Positions 1 through 9,399 of a stretch of DNA of 64,000 nucleotides are shown here, one piece after another. A model generated the notes under the pieces. That model searched no databases and had not been told where the DNA came from. It worked only from the letters and a program-made list of their open reading frames with translations. Source of the stretch: an uncultured Chloroflexia bacterium (GTDB taxonomy: Bacteria > Chloroflexota > Limnocylindria > Limnocylindrales > CSP1-4); assembly GCA_963746855.1 (NCBI GenBank), contig CAVVDC010000002.1, positions 7,588 through 71,587 of the forward strand, in the 5' to 3' direction. Made by a program: the position numbers and the translations under genes. Positions within the stretch are counted from its first letter, which is position 1. Every line of letters starts with the position of its first letter.

Positions 1-1
1 C

Positions 2-400
2 GACGCGTGCTGGCCTGGCGGCCTGACCCTGGTCGTGCCGCAGCGCTCTGACGTCCGGCTGCCGCCAGCGCTCACGGCCGGGTCCCCGACGGTCGGCCTT
101 CGCGTGCCCGACCACGACGCGCCGCGGGCGCTCGCCAAAGAGATCGGTCCGTTCCCGGTCACCTCGGCCAACCGCTCGGGCCAGCCGGAAGGCCGCGACG
201 CCGCCGAGATCGACGCCCTCCTCGGCGACGCGATCGAGCTCGTGCTCGACGGCGGCCCGGCCCACGGCGGCCCGGCCTCGAGCGTCGTCGACTGCGCCAG
301 CGACCGTCCCCTGATCCTCCGCCAGGGGGCGATCCCACGTGAACGACTCATCGAGGTCCTGGACGCGGCCCGGGTCGCCCACGACCTTTCGCCAGGCTGA
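2..400 (+). CDS. L-threonylcarbamoyladenylate synthase (TsaC/Sua5/YwlC family), 5'-truncated at the window edge
   Basis: The frame is open from the window edge to TGA at 398-400. The translation has YrdC-domain C-terminal motifs (GLRVPDH, FPVTSANRSGQP, SSVVDC). A gene of this family sits upstream of the atp operon in both Bacillus and Mycobacterium. Confidence 0.8.
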   Translation, partial: DACWPGGLTLVVPQRSDVRLPPALTAGSPTVGLRVPDHDAPRALAKEIGPFPVTSANRSGQPEGRDAAEIDALLGDAIELVLDGGPAHGGPASSVVDCASDRPLILRQGAIPRERLIEVLDAARVAHDLSPG

Positions 401-508
401 CTCCGGTCATCCGCCACGTCCGACGGTCGTGGCCCGGGCGGTTCGTGGGAAGATAGCCCGCGGCGTGTCGGTCGGATCACGGGACCGGCAGGAAGGAGTC
501 GGCGAGCC

Positions 509-1837
509 ATGACCATCTCCCCAGCCAGGGGCGTCGCGCTTGAGTCGATCGCAGACGTCGACCCCGTCCTGTGGGAGGCGATGCTCGGCGAGCGCCGCCG
601 CCAGCACGACAAGATCGAGCTCATCGCCAGCGAGAACTACGTGTCGGCCGCCGTCATGGAGGCCCAGGGCAGCTGGCTCACGAACAAGTACGCCGAGGGC
701 CTGCCCGGCAAGCGCTACTACGGTGGCTGCGAGTACGTCGACATCGCCGAGCGGCTCGCCCAGGAACGAGCCCTGGCGCTCTTCCCCGGGTCCGAGCACG
801 TCAACGTCCAGCCGCACTCCGGGGCCCAGGCCAACATGGTGGCGTACTTCAGCGTGCTCCAGCCGGGCGACCGGATCATGGGCATGAACCTCGCCCACGG
901 CGGCCACCTGACGCACGGGATGGCGCTCAACTTCTCCGGGCGGCTGTACGAGGTCCATCCGTACGGCGTCCGCAAGGACACCGAGCGCATCGACTACGAC
1001 GCGATGGAGGTCCAGGCGAAGGAGATCCGGCCGAAGCTCATCGTGGGCGGGGCGAGCGCGTACCCGCGCCTGTGGGACTTCGAGCGGATGGCCGACATCG
1101 CCCGCAGCGTCGGTGCCGTCCTGTTCATCGACATGGCCCACATCGCGGGCCTGGTCGCCGCGGACGCGCATCCGAGCCCGTTCCCGTTGGCCGACATCGT
1201 CACGACGACCACGCACAAGACGTTACGCGGACCCAGGGGCGGGATGATCTTCAGCCGGACCGAGCTGCCGTCGTGGCTGGACGCAGCGACGTTCCCGAAC
1301 GTCAAGGGCACGCTCGCCGCGACCATCGACCGGACGGTCTTCCCGGGGGTGCAGGGCGGACCGCTCATGCAGGTCATCGCCGGCAAAGCCATCGCGTTCA
1401 AGCTCGCCGCCGAGGAGCCGTTCCGTTCGGATCAGCTCCGCACGATCGAGAACGCGAAGGTCATGGCCGAGACGCTGGCCGGCCTGGGCGCACGGGTCGT
1501 GTCCGGCGGCACCGACAACCACCTGCTCCTGGTCGATGTCACGCCGCTCGGCGTGACCGGCAAGGAAGCCGAGCACCTGCTCGACGAGATCGGCATCACG
1601 GTCAACAAGAACGCGATCCCGTTCGACGAGCTCCCGCCCAACACGGCCTCGGGCATCCGGATCGGGACCCCGGCGGCCACCTCGCGCGGCTTCGGGCCCG
1701 ACGAGATGCGGACCATCGGCCGGATCATCATCGACGCCATCCGCCAGCGTGCGGACGAGGGCGCCCAGGCTCGTCTCGCCGGGGAGGTGCGCGAGATCGT
1801 CGAGCGCTTCCCGGTCCCGGGCCTGCCTGCGGCGTGA
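509..1837 (+). CDS. glyA: serine hydroxymethyltransferase
   Basis: 442 aa with hallmark SHMT motifs ([44 protein letters not shown] including the PLP-binding lysine). Confidence 0.97.
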   Translation: MTISPARGVALESIADVDPVLWEAMLGERRRQHDKIELIASENYVSAAVMEAQGSWLTNKYAEGLPGKRYYGGCEYVDIAERLAQERALALFPGSEHVNVQPHSGAQANMVAYFSVLQPGDRIMGMNLAHGGHLTHGMALNFSGRLYEVHPYGVRKDTERIDYDAMEVQAKEIRPKLIVGGASAYPRLWDFERMADIARSVGAVLFIDMAHIAGLVAADAHPSPFPLADIVTTTTHKTLRGPRGGMIFSRTELPSWLDAATFPNVKGTLAATIDRTVFPGVQGGPLMQVIAGKAIAFKLAAEEPFRSDQLRTIENAKVMAETLAGLGARVVSGGTDNHLLLVDVTPLGVTGKEAEHLLDEIGITVNKNAIPFDELPPNTASGIRIGTPAATSRGFGPDEMRTIGRIIIDAIRQRADEGAQARLAGEVREIVERFPVPGLPAA

Positions 1838-1898
1838 GGTCCGACCCCGCCGTCGACCTCGCGAGTCCGAGCGCGCCGGTCTTGAGACGCCCGTCGCG

Positions 1899-3053
1899 AT
1901 GACCTTCATCCCGACGCTCGGCGACGCGATCGGCCCGATCGCGCTGGCGTTCGCGACGGCGGGACTGCTGGCGCTCCTCCTGACCCCGCTTGTGCGGCGG
2001 GTCGTGGTCCGCTACAAGGTGGTGGATCGACCGGAGGCTCGGCGGGTCAACACCTCGCCGATCCCGCGAGGCGGCGGCATCGCGGTCGCGACCGCCTTCC
2101 TGGTGACGGTCGTGGTCTTCCTCCAGATCAACGCCGAGACCCTGCAGCTCTTCGTCCCGCTCCAGGCGAGCCAGTTCGCGGCGCTGCTCATCGGTGGCGC
2201 GCTGGCGGCCGCCATCGGCGGCCTTGACGACTTGCTGGACCTGCGCGCTCGTTGGCAGCTCGCCGGCCAGATCGGCCTGGCGCTCTTCGCGGTCGCGCTC
2301 GGGATCAACATCGGCTTCATCGCGAACCCGTTGAGCAACGGCGTCATCCGGTTCACGGGTCCGTTCGCGGTCGGCCTGACGGTCTTCTGGATCGTCGGGA
2401 TGATCAACAGCATCAACTTCATCGACGGACTTGATGGCCTGTCGTCCGGCATCGCCCTCATCGCCGCGGTGACGCTGGGGCTCATCAGCCTCACGACCGA
2501 GGTCAGCCAGCCGCTCATCGCGGTCCTGTGCTTCATCCTCGCGGGGTCACTGTTCGGGTTCCTGCGCTGGAACCTGCACCCGGCTTCGATCTTCCCGGGC
2601 ACGAGCGGCGTCCAGTTCGTCGGGTACACGCTCGCCCTGCTCGCGATCCTCGGCACCGCCAAGGTCGCCGTCGCCCTGCTCGTCCTCGGCGTCCCGATCA
2701 TCGACACCTTCTGGATCATCGTCCGCCGGGTCTCGCAGGGACGCTCCCCGTTCAGCCCGGACCGCGGGCACATCCACCACCGGATGCTGGACCTGGGCCT
2801 GTCGCACCGCCAGACCGTGTTCGCCATCTACGGCCTGTGCCTCGTGCTGGCGCTCCTCGCGCTGGCACTGTCCGGGGTCACCCAGCTGTACGCGTTCCTT
2901 GGCGTCTTCCTCGCGTCCGGACTCGTGCTCTTCATCCCGACGCGCGGCGCGCTGCGCCGACCGGAGGAGCTCGAGGCGGAGTCCTACGAGGACGACCCAC
3001 CGAAGGCCTCGGGGGCCGCTTCGGCGCCCGTCGACGGCCCTGAAACCGGGTAG
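1899..3053 (+). CDS. MraY/WecA-family polyprenyl-phosphate N-acetylhexosamine-1-phosphate transferase
   Basis: Polytopic membrane protein with motifs DDLLDL, NSINFIDGLDGL and HIHHR. The ORF-track start at 1749 overlaps glyA, so I place the start at ATG 1899 (MTFIPTLG). The position matches rfe/wecA upstream of atp in mycobacteria. Confidence 0.85.
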   Translation: MTFIPTLGDAIGPIALAFATAGLLALLLTPLVRRVVVRYKVVDRPEARRVNTSPIPRGGGIAVATAFLVTVVVFLQINAETLQLFVPLQASQFAALLIGGALAAAIGGLDDLLDLRARWQLAGQIGLALFAVALGINIGFIANPLSNGVIRFTGPFAVGLTVFWIVGMINSINFIDGLDGLSSGIALIAAVTLGLISLTTEVSQPLIAVLCFILAGSLFGFLRWNLHPASIFPGTSGVQFVGYTLALLAILGTAKVAVALLVLGVPIIDTFWIIVRRVSQGRSPFSPDRGHIHHRMLDLGLSHRQTVFAIYGLCLVLALLALALSGVTQLYAFLGVFLASGLVLFIPTRGALRRPEELEAESYEDDPPKASGAASAPVDGPETG

Positions 3054-3143
3054 GACCTTCGTACTGTTGCCGCCTGCCAACAGTCCTTGTCGGTCGGGTG
3101 CAGTGCGGTGCGAAGTGTGGCGGTGGGCGCCTATACGGGGCGG

Positions 3144-3152
3144 TGCTAGCAT
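3144..3152 (+). promoter_or_regulatory. candidate extended -10 element (TGcTAGCAT) upstream of the PKD-protein gene
   Basis: TGCTAGCAT at 3144-3152 in the 152-nt intergenic region. The same TGCTAnnnT pattern recurs at 54604 and 58585. Confidence 0.25.
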
Positions 3153-3205
3153 CGACCAGTACTCATCCCAGCGGGGCATGACTGGGATTCGATCCTGAGG
3201 TCCAT

Positions 3206-4915
3206 TTGAGCCTGGAAATCCTGCTCCTCGGGGGGACGATCGTCGTCGCCGTCGGCGCCGTGATCGTGGGCATGCTTCGGGCTGTCCTGGAGCGCCGTCG
3301 CGCCCCGTCGCTGATGGCGCAATACCGTTCCCGCCGGATCGAGCCCGAGCGCCTCGCGCGCGCGGTCCCTGGTCCGACGGCCGCGGACGGCTCGATCCGG
3401 GCGTTCGAGCTCCAGGCCCCGGCGATCGGGTCACGCTCGGCATACGCGACGCTCGGCGCGTCCGTCGTCAAGGACCCCGTCCCGGTCATGGCGGAGCCGG
3501 CCGTCGTCCTGCCGGAGCCCGTGCCGCTCGTGCCCGAGGCGATCGACGCGGCCGTGGCGGCGCCTGATGCCGTGCCCGAGGCCGTCGTGGCCGCTCCGGA
3601 ACCGACGGAAGTCGAGCCGGAGCCCGAGCTGGTCGACGTGGAACCCGAGCTCGTCGAACCCGAGTTGGTCGAGGTGACGCCCGAGCCCGAGCTGGTCGAG
3701 CCGGAGCCCGAGCCGGTGCCCGTGATGGCCGAGCCCGAACCGACGGCGCATGCCCACAGGTCGAGACCGACCGCGCCGGAGTTCGCTTGGGTCACGCCGG
3801 CGGTCGCGGCGGCCACGCCGGAGCCGGTGACCGACGAGCTCGTCGAGACGCGCCCGGCCGTGGAGGCCGAACCTGAGGTCGGCGCCGACGCGGAGCCGGT
3901 GCCGGACATCGCCGCGGCCGCGGCCGCGGCAGCGCCCGAGCCCGAGCCCGAACCCGCCGTTGCTGGACCGGTGCCGCTGTTCCTGCCCGGGACCTACCCG
4001 GTCGCCGAGGCCGACCTGGCGCCCGAGAACGGCAACCTCATTCCCATGCCCGCCGCAGCGCCAGCCGCCAAGGCCACGGCCGCCATGGTGGCCGGGTACG
4101 CGCCGGTCGCGCGCGCGATCGTGCGAGCGCCCGAGCCGGACGATGTCGAGGACGAACTCGCCTACCGGATCGGCATCCGGGGGGCGAAGCGTCCCGAGCG
4201 GCCGTCCGTCATCGAGGTCGCCGGGGGCCAGGAGGTCGTCGTCCCCGTCCTGCCGACCGTCGAGACGGAGGCCTGGCCGGAGCGTCGGAATCGCCGGCGC
4301 AGGCGGGCTGCGATCGGACTGGCGGCGCTCGTGGGTGCCACGTCCCTCGCACTCGCCGTCGCGGTCATCGTGCCGAATCTGCCGTCACAGGGCAGCGTCC
4401 TGACGGCGACCGGGACCCCACAGCCCACGAACGACGCGAGCGTCGTCCCTCAGGAGACCGCTGCGCCCGCGCCGCCCGCCACACCGACCGTGGTGCCTGC
4501 ATCGGTGGCTCCTGTCGCCTCGCCCTCGCCGACGGCGTCGTCATCGCCCTCGCCATCGGCGGCCGCGACCGAGCAGGTGAAGACTGCCTCGGTCACCCCA
4601 CGGCCCGTGGCGACGCCGCGAGCCGTGGCACCGACTCCGAAGCCCACTGCCAAGCCGACCGCCAAGCCCACGCCCAAGCCGGCCCCCGAGCCCATCGCCT
4701 TCTTCGCGTGCGTCGCCGATGGACTGACCCTCCACTGCGATGGATCCCAGTCGGACAACGCGGTGACATACCTGTGGTACTTCGGCGAAGGCGAGACCCA
4801 GACGGGTGCGCAGGCCTCTCACCTGTTCGCCTCGCCAGGCAGATACCTCGTCACCTTGACCGTCACGAACCCTTCTGGCTCGAACACGGACAGCAATAGA
4901 TACGTGATTCCCTGA
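3206..4915 (+). CDS. membrane protein with an acidic Pro/Glu/Val-rich periodic region and a C-terminal PKD domain
   Basis: TTG start. N-terminal hydrophobic helix (ILLLGGTIVVAVGAVIVGML), then a long EPEPELVE-type low-complexity region. A second helix follows an RRNRRRRR patch (AAIGLAALVGATSLALAVAVIV), then a P/T/S/A linker. The C-terminus has a PKD-like motif (YLWYFGEGETQTG...SHLFASPGRYLVTLTVTNPSG). Confidence 0.7.
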   Translation: MSLEILLLGGTIVVAVGAVIVGMLRAVLERRRAPSLMAQYRSRRIEPERLARAVPGPTAADGSIRAFELQAPAIGSRSAYATLGASVVKDPVPVMAEPAVVLPEPVPLVPEAIDAAVAAPDAVPEAVVAAPEPTEVEPEPELVDVEPELVEPELVEVTPEPELVEPEPEPVPVMAEPEPTAHAHRSRPTAPEFAWVTPAVAAATPEPVTDELVETRPAVEAEPEVGADAEPVPDIAAAAAAAAPEPEPEPAVAGPVPLFLPGTYPVAEADLAPENGNLIPMPAAAPAAKATAAMVAGYAPVARAIVRAPEPDDVEDELAYRIGIRGAKRPERPSVIEVAGGQEVVVPVLPTVETEAWPERRNRRRRRAAIGLAALVGATSLALAVAVIVPNLPSQGSVLTATGTPQPTNDASVVPQETAAPAPPATPTVVPASVAPVASPSPTASSSPSPSAAATEQVKTASVTPRPVATPRAVAPTPKPTAKPTAKPTPKPAPEPIAFFACVADGLTLHCDGSQSDNAVTYLWYFGEGETQTGAQASHLFASPGRYLVTLTVTNPSGSNTDSNRYVIP

Positions 4916-4971
4916 ACCGGTCGTCGTCCCGGTTTCGGGGAAAAGACTCGGGGAGCCCCGCGATCAACCGT

Positions 4972-7908
4972 TTGATGACCACGCATCGCCTCTCGCGTGC
5001 CATCGCTCTCGGGGTCATGCTCGCCCTGGTGATGCCCGGCGGTGCGCTCGCTGCCGCACCTGACGCGCAGGACGACTCGGCGACCGTCAACGAGGACGAG
5101 GCAACCCTCATCGACGTCCTCGACAACGACAGCGACGACGACATGGACATCCTCACCATCGTCGGCTTCACGGATCCTGACCACGGCACGGTCGAGTTTG
5201 CCGACGGCGGTTCGTCGCTCACCTATGAGCCAGCCGCGGATTACGACGGCAGCGACTCGTTCGATTACACGATCTCCGACGGGACCGACGAGGATACGGC
5301 CAAGGTCGACGTGACGATCGACCCGGTTGACGATCCGCCGGTCGCGGTCGACGACGCCGCAAGCGTGACCGAGGACGTCACGACGCCCATCGACGTCGTG
5401 GACAACGACACCGACATCGACGGCGGGACCAAGCTCGTCCAGAGCAAGACGAACGGAACCCACGGTGACGTCACGATCACGGGCGGTGGCACCGGGGTCA
5501 GTTACGACCCTGATCTCAACTACGCGGGGGCGGATTCGTTCAAGTACCACCTGAACGGCGGGTCGGAGGCGACGGTGAGCATCACCATCGCCGCCGTCGA
5601 CGATGCGCCGGTCGCGATCGACGACGAGGCCAACATCGCCGAGGACCTCGCGACACCGATCAATGTGTTGGGCAACGACGACGATGTCGACGGCGGCCTG
5701 ATGCATGTCGTCGCCAAGTCGAACGGGACGCATGGGACAGTCACGATCACGGGTGGCGGGACCGGGCTCAGCTACGACCCGGCCGTTAACTACACCGGCT
5801 CCGACTCGTTCACCTACGACCTGAACGGCGGGTCGCAGGCGACCGTGACGGTCACCGTCGGCGCCATCGACGACGCGCCGGTCGCGGTCGACGACGCCGC
5901 AAGCGTTGCCGAGGACGTCACGACGCCCATCGACGTCCTGGACAACGACACCGACATCGACGGCGGCCTGATGCACGTCGTCGCCAAGTCGAACGGGGTT
6001 CATGGCGACGTCGCGATCACGGGTGGTGGGACCGAGGTCAGCTACGACCCGGATCTCAACTACGTCGGCGAAGACACGTTCACGTACGGACTCAACGGCG
6101 GGTCAACGGCCACGGTGACGGTGACCGTCGGAGCCGCCGATGATGCGCCGGTCGCCGAGGACGACGAGTTCACGATCCTCGAGGACGCGACCATCCAAAC
6201 GTTCGACGTCCTCGACAACGACACCGACATCGACGCCGGCCCGATGTCCGTGACCTCGGTGACAGACCCCCCGAAAGGCACGGCCAGCCTCGCGCCTGGC
6301 GGCGCCGGTGTCCGCTACATCCCCTCGCTGAACGCCAATGGCGACGACGAGTTCGTCTACGCGCTGAACGGCGGATCGACGGCGACCGTGACTGTCCACA
6401 TCACGCCGGTCGACGACCCACCCGTGGCCGTGGGCGACAGCTTCACGGTCGCCGAGGATCCACTCAGTCCGGTGTCGCTCGATGTCCGGCTGAACGACAC
6501 CGACGTCGACGGTGGCCCGAAGACCATCGTGATCGTGACGAACGGGTCGAAGAGCACGGTGGCCATCGCGGGCGGCGGCACGAGCCTGAGGTACATGCCG
6601 GCGGCGAACGCGACCGGCGCGGACACCTTCACCTACACGCTCAACGGCGGCTCGGTCAGCGCGGTCCACATCGACATCACGCCATCGAACGATGACCCAG
6701 TCGCGGGTCCCGATTCCCTGAGCCTCCCGGAGGGCGCCTCGGCGGTCCCGGTCCCGGTCCTCGCGAACGACACGGACGTCGATGGCGACGCGCTGACGAT
6801 CTCCAGCACGACGGGGCCGGCGAAGGGCGCGGTCGCCGTCGGCGTCGGCGGCACGAGCCTGACCTACAAGCCGTTCCCCGGCCTCTTCGGCGCCGACTCG
6901 TTCACGTATACCGTCGCGGACGGCCAGGGCGGGTCGGCCGTCGGCACCGTCAGCGTGACGATCACGTCGGGCAATCATGCCCCGAGCGCCGTCAACGACG
7001 CCAGGTCCGTCCCGCAGGGCGCCGGCCCGACACCCCTGACGATCCTGGCCAACGACCAGGACCTCGACGGCAACACCCTGACCATCACCACAAAGACCAA
7101 TGGCGCCCATGGCACGGTCGTCATCATCGGCGGAGGCACCGGGCTGACCTACAACCCGGTCAACAGCTACGACGGGATCGACACGTTCACCTACACGATC
7201 AGCGACGGCCTGGCCTCGGACTCGGCCACCGTCCTGGTAACGGTCGTGCACGACACGGCGCCGCCGGTGGCCGTCGCGCCGGTGGCACGCTTCCCGGGCC
7301 AGACCGCCGGTGGCTCGACGACGAAGGCACGCGTGACGTGGGGCGCGACCGATCCGGGCTCAGGAATCAAGCGGTACAAGGTTCAGGTCAGCGTCGACGG
7401 CAAGGCGTGGAAGACGATCAGGCTCCCGAAGGCGACGACGCGGACGATCGTTTCGGCACTCAAGACCGGCCACAGATACCGCTTCCGTGTCCGGGCCACG
7501 GATGGAGAAGGCAACACCAGCGCGTACGTCAAGGGGCCGCTGCTCACGCCGGTCCGCTCCTCCGAGGCGAGCGCAAAGGTCACCTACGTCGGGGCGTGGG
7601 CGAAGACCAAGACCTCGAAGGCCCTCGGGGGCGCCACCCGACACGCGACGTCGAGCGCCAAGCGGGCGCGATTCGCCTTCACCGCCTACGACGTGGGCTG
7701 GATCGCCACGAGGACCACGAAGAGCGGCAAGGCCCGGATCTATCTCGACGGCGCGCTGGTCGCGACGATCGATCTCGACCGGGCGAAGACGACGTATCGG
7801 AAGCTCGTCTTCGCCCGCCACTTCGCGACGCTCGGCCCGCACGTCCTCGAGATCCAGCCGGTCGGCGACGGACGGGTCGACATCGACGGCTTCGTGGTCT
7901 TCCGCTGA
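4972..7908 (+). CDS. secreted tandem-repeat adhesin-like protein (cadherin-like/VCBS 'tandem-95' type repeats, an FN3-like domain and a C-terminal beta-rich domain)
   Basis: Signal-peptide-like N-terminus (AIALGVMLALVMPGGALAAAP). Nine repeats of about 90 aa follow the pattern xDDAPVAxDDxxxxxED...DVLxNDTDxDGG...NGxHGxV...Y.P..NY.G.DsFTY. After them comes an FN3-like segment (RVTWGATDPGSGIKRYKVQVSVDGKAW...YRFRVRATDGEGN). Confidence 0.85.
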   Translation: MMTTHRLSRAIALGVMLALVMPGGALAAAPDAQDDSATVNEDEATLIDVLDNDSDDDMDILTIVGFTDPDHGTVEFADGGSSLTYEPAADYDGSDSFDYTISDGTDEDTAKVDVTIDPVDDPPVAVDDAASVTEDVTTPIDVVDNDTDIDGGTKLVQSKTNGTHGDVTITGGGTGVSYDPDLNYAGADSFKYHLNGGSEATVSITIAAVDDAPVAIDDEANIAEDLATPINVLGNDDDVDGGLMHVVAKSNGTHGTVTITGGGTGLSYDPAVNYTGSDSFTYDLNGGSQATVTVTVGAIDDAPVAVDDAASVAEDVTTPIDVLDNDTDIDGGLMHVVAKSNGVHGDVAITGGGTEVSYDPDLNYVGEDTFTYGLNGGSTATVTVTVGAADDAPVAEDDEFTILEDATIQTFDVLDNDTDIDAGPMSVTSVTDPPKGTASLAPGGAGVRYIPSLNANGDDEFVYALNGGSTATVTVHITPVDDPPVAVGDSFTVAEDPLSPVSLDVRLNDTDVDGGPKTIVIVTNGSKSTVAIAGGGTSLRYMPAANATGADTFTYTLNGGSVSAVHIDITPSNDDPVAGPDSLSLPEGASAVPVPVLANDTDVDGDALTISSTTGPAKGAVAVGVGGTSLTYKPFPGLFGADSFTYTVADGQGGSAVGTVSVTITSGNHAPSAVNDARSVPQGAGPTPLTILANDQDLDGNTLTITTKTNGAHGTVVIIGGGTGLTYNPVNSYDGIDTFTYTISDGLASDSATVLVTVVHDTAPPVAVAPVARFPGQTAGGSTTKARVTWGATDPGSGIKRYKVQVSVDGKAWKTIRLPKATTRTIVSALKTGHRYRFRVRATDGEGNTSAYVKGPLLTPVRSSEASAKVTYVGAWAKTKTSKALGGATRHATSSAKRARFAFTAYDVGWIATRTTKSGKARIYLDGALVATIDLDRAKTTYRKLVFARHFATLGPHVLEIQPVGDGRVDIDGFVVFR
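5059..7253 (+). repeat. in-frame tandem repeat array, nine units of about 267-282 nt, inside the adhesin gene
   Basis: Repeat heads recur at about 5059, 5329, 5596, 5866, 6136, 6409, 6688 and 6970. Segment 5341-5427 is nearly identical to 5881-5967 (offset 540). Segment 5693-5737 is nearly identical to 5963-6007 (offset 270). Confidence 0.9.
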
Positions 7909-7993
7909 CCGATTCCGTCACGAAGGTTGCGATGCGGTTGCGGCGACCCGGAGTTCGCAGCTGCTATACTTCCGCCGCCTTGACAGGTCGCCC

Positions 7994-8215
7994 ATGATCG
8001 AGCCCGGCCGGGGTTGGGCCTACGTCGCCCTCTTCTCGGAGATCGGCATCTCACTCCTGGTGACGACGCTGCTCGGCGTGCTGGTCGGCTATTGGGCCGA
8101 CGGGCGACTCGGGACCATTCCGGTCTTCACGATGGTCGGCTTCTTCGCCGGCGCGGGATCCGGGGCCCTGATGATCTACAGACTGGTCAACCGGTTCCTG
8201 AAGACGATCGAATAG
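7994..8215 (+). CDS. atpI: AtpZ/AtpI-family small membrane protein
   Basis: 73 aa with two hydrophobic helices (YVALFSEIGISLLVTTLLGVLVGYW, VFTMVGFFAGAGSGALMIY), immediately upstream of atpB. It lies in the 3' part of ORF 7487..8215, and I set the start at ATG 7994. Confidence 0.7.
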   Translation: MIEPGRGWAYVALFSEIGISLLVTTLLGVLVGYWADGRLGTIPVFTMVGFFAGAGSGALMIYRLVNRFLKTIE

Positions 8216-8273
8216 CCGGTCTCATCGACGACCGGTCAGGGAGGATGCGAGCGCGGCGTCGAGCCGCGCTCCT

Positions 8274-9323
8274 GTGTGTGGAGCAAGCGTGTCGAGCGAG
8301 CAGGTCGTGACCGACGAGGTCCCCCAGGCCCCCGAACCGCAGCCGAAGCGCGGCCGCGGGCTGTCGTCGCGCTGGTTCCTGCTCATCGGCGCGGTCATCG
8401 TCCTTAACATCGTCGCGTTCATCCTCGTGCCGCCATTCCCGAAGGGCGGCCAACCGGGCGATGCCTGTGCCTTCCCGGTCTGCTTCATCAACGGCACGCT
8501 CGAGTTCCCGGCCCCGCACGTGGTCTGGGCACCGGCTGGCGCCGAAGCGCCGCCGACCGGCCTCATCGTCTTCTATCCGAGCATCAGCTCCAGCATCCTG
8601 ACGATGTGGATCGTCATGGCGATCGTGCTGGTGGCGGCCATCCTGATGACTCGCGGGCGGAAGTCCGTTCCCGGTCGCGCGCAGAACGTCTTCGAGTTCT
8701 TCTACGAGTTCCTGAGCGACTTCGGCGTCAGCATCGCGGGCCCGGCCGCCCGCCCGTACGTCCCGCTGTTCGCCGCATTCTTCATCCTCATCCTGTTCTG
8801 TAACTGGAGTGGCCTGGTGCCGCCGGTCGGGCGGGTTGAGGAACTCCGCGCACCGACCAGCGACGTCAACATCACGATCGGGCTGGCCCTCGTGAGCTTC
8901 GCCTACTTCGAATTCCAGGGCTTCCGACGTCTCGGGGTCGGCGGCTACCTCGGCAAGTTCTTTCCGCTCGGCGAGTTCCGGAAGGGCATCGGAGCGGGAG
9001 GCATCGCCCTGTTCGTCGGGCTGGTCGAGTTGATGCTCGAATTCGTCAAGCCGGTCACGCTCTCGATGCGTCTCTTCGGCAACATCTACGGCGGAGAAGT
9101 CGCGCTCGGCGTCATCACAGCGCTGACGATCGCGTTCATCCCGGTCGGCCTGCTCGGCCTCGAGGTCATGCTGAACGCCATCCAGGCGCTGATCTTCAGC
9201 GTCCTGACGCTCATCTTCATCACCCTTGCCATCGAGAGTCACGAACACGAGGAAGGCCACGTCGCCGACGAGGCGATCACGCTCGATGGATCTGAGCCTT
9301 CAGCGCTCCAGCCGGCCCACTGA
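8274..9323 (+). CDS. atpB: F0F1 ATP synthase subunit a, with N- and C-terminal extensions
   Basis: Core subunit-a motifs are present (FFILILFCNWSGLVP, SMRLFGNIYGGEV with the essential Arg). The start is uncertain: GTG at 8274 or 8289, or further downstream. Confidence 0.9.
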   Translation: MCGASVSSEQVVTDEVPQAPEPQPKRGRGLSSRWFLLIGAVIVLNIVAFILVPPFPKGGQPGDACAFPVCFINGTLEFPAPHVVWAPAGAEAPPTGLIVFYPSISSSILTMWIVMAIVLVAAILMTRGRKSVPGRAQNVFEFFYEFLSDFGVSIAGPAARPYVPLFAAFFILILFCNWSGLVPPVGRVEELRAPTSDVNITIGLALVSFAYFEFQGFRRLGVGGYLGKFFPLGEFRKGIGAGGIALFVGLVELMLEFVKPVTLSMRLFGNIYGGEVALGVITALTIAFIPVGLLGLEVMLNAIQALIFSVLTLIFITLAIESHEHEEGHVADEAITLDGSEPSALQPAH

Positions 9324-9399
9324 TGGGCACGGCCGCCTAGCCTGAACCACGTCCCACATATGTGACCCGGGCCGCCCGGGAGTAGGAGGAACCGACAAG

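Noticed and set aside
4819-7251. Minus-strand ORFs 4819..6003 and 6103..7251 (394 and 382 aa), with internally repetitive VDRDRRIVD-type sequence.
   Set aside because: They are the antisense reading of the adhesin tandem repeats, so their repetitiveness simply mirrors the plus-strand repeats. They have no signal peptide, no RBS and a composition biased to R/D/V/G.
5059-7253. Regularly spaced repeats of about 270 nt that might be mistaken for a CRISPR-like or satellite array.
   Set aside because: The period is far too long and there are no short direct repeats with unique spacers. The array is one continuous open reading frame encoding cadherin-like domains, and no cas genes occur in the window.
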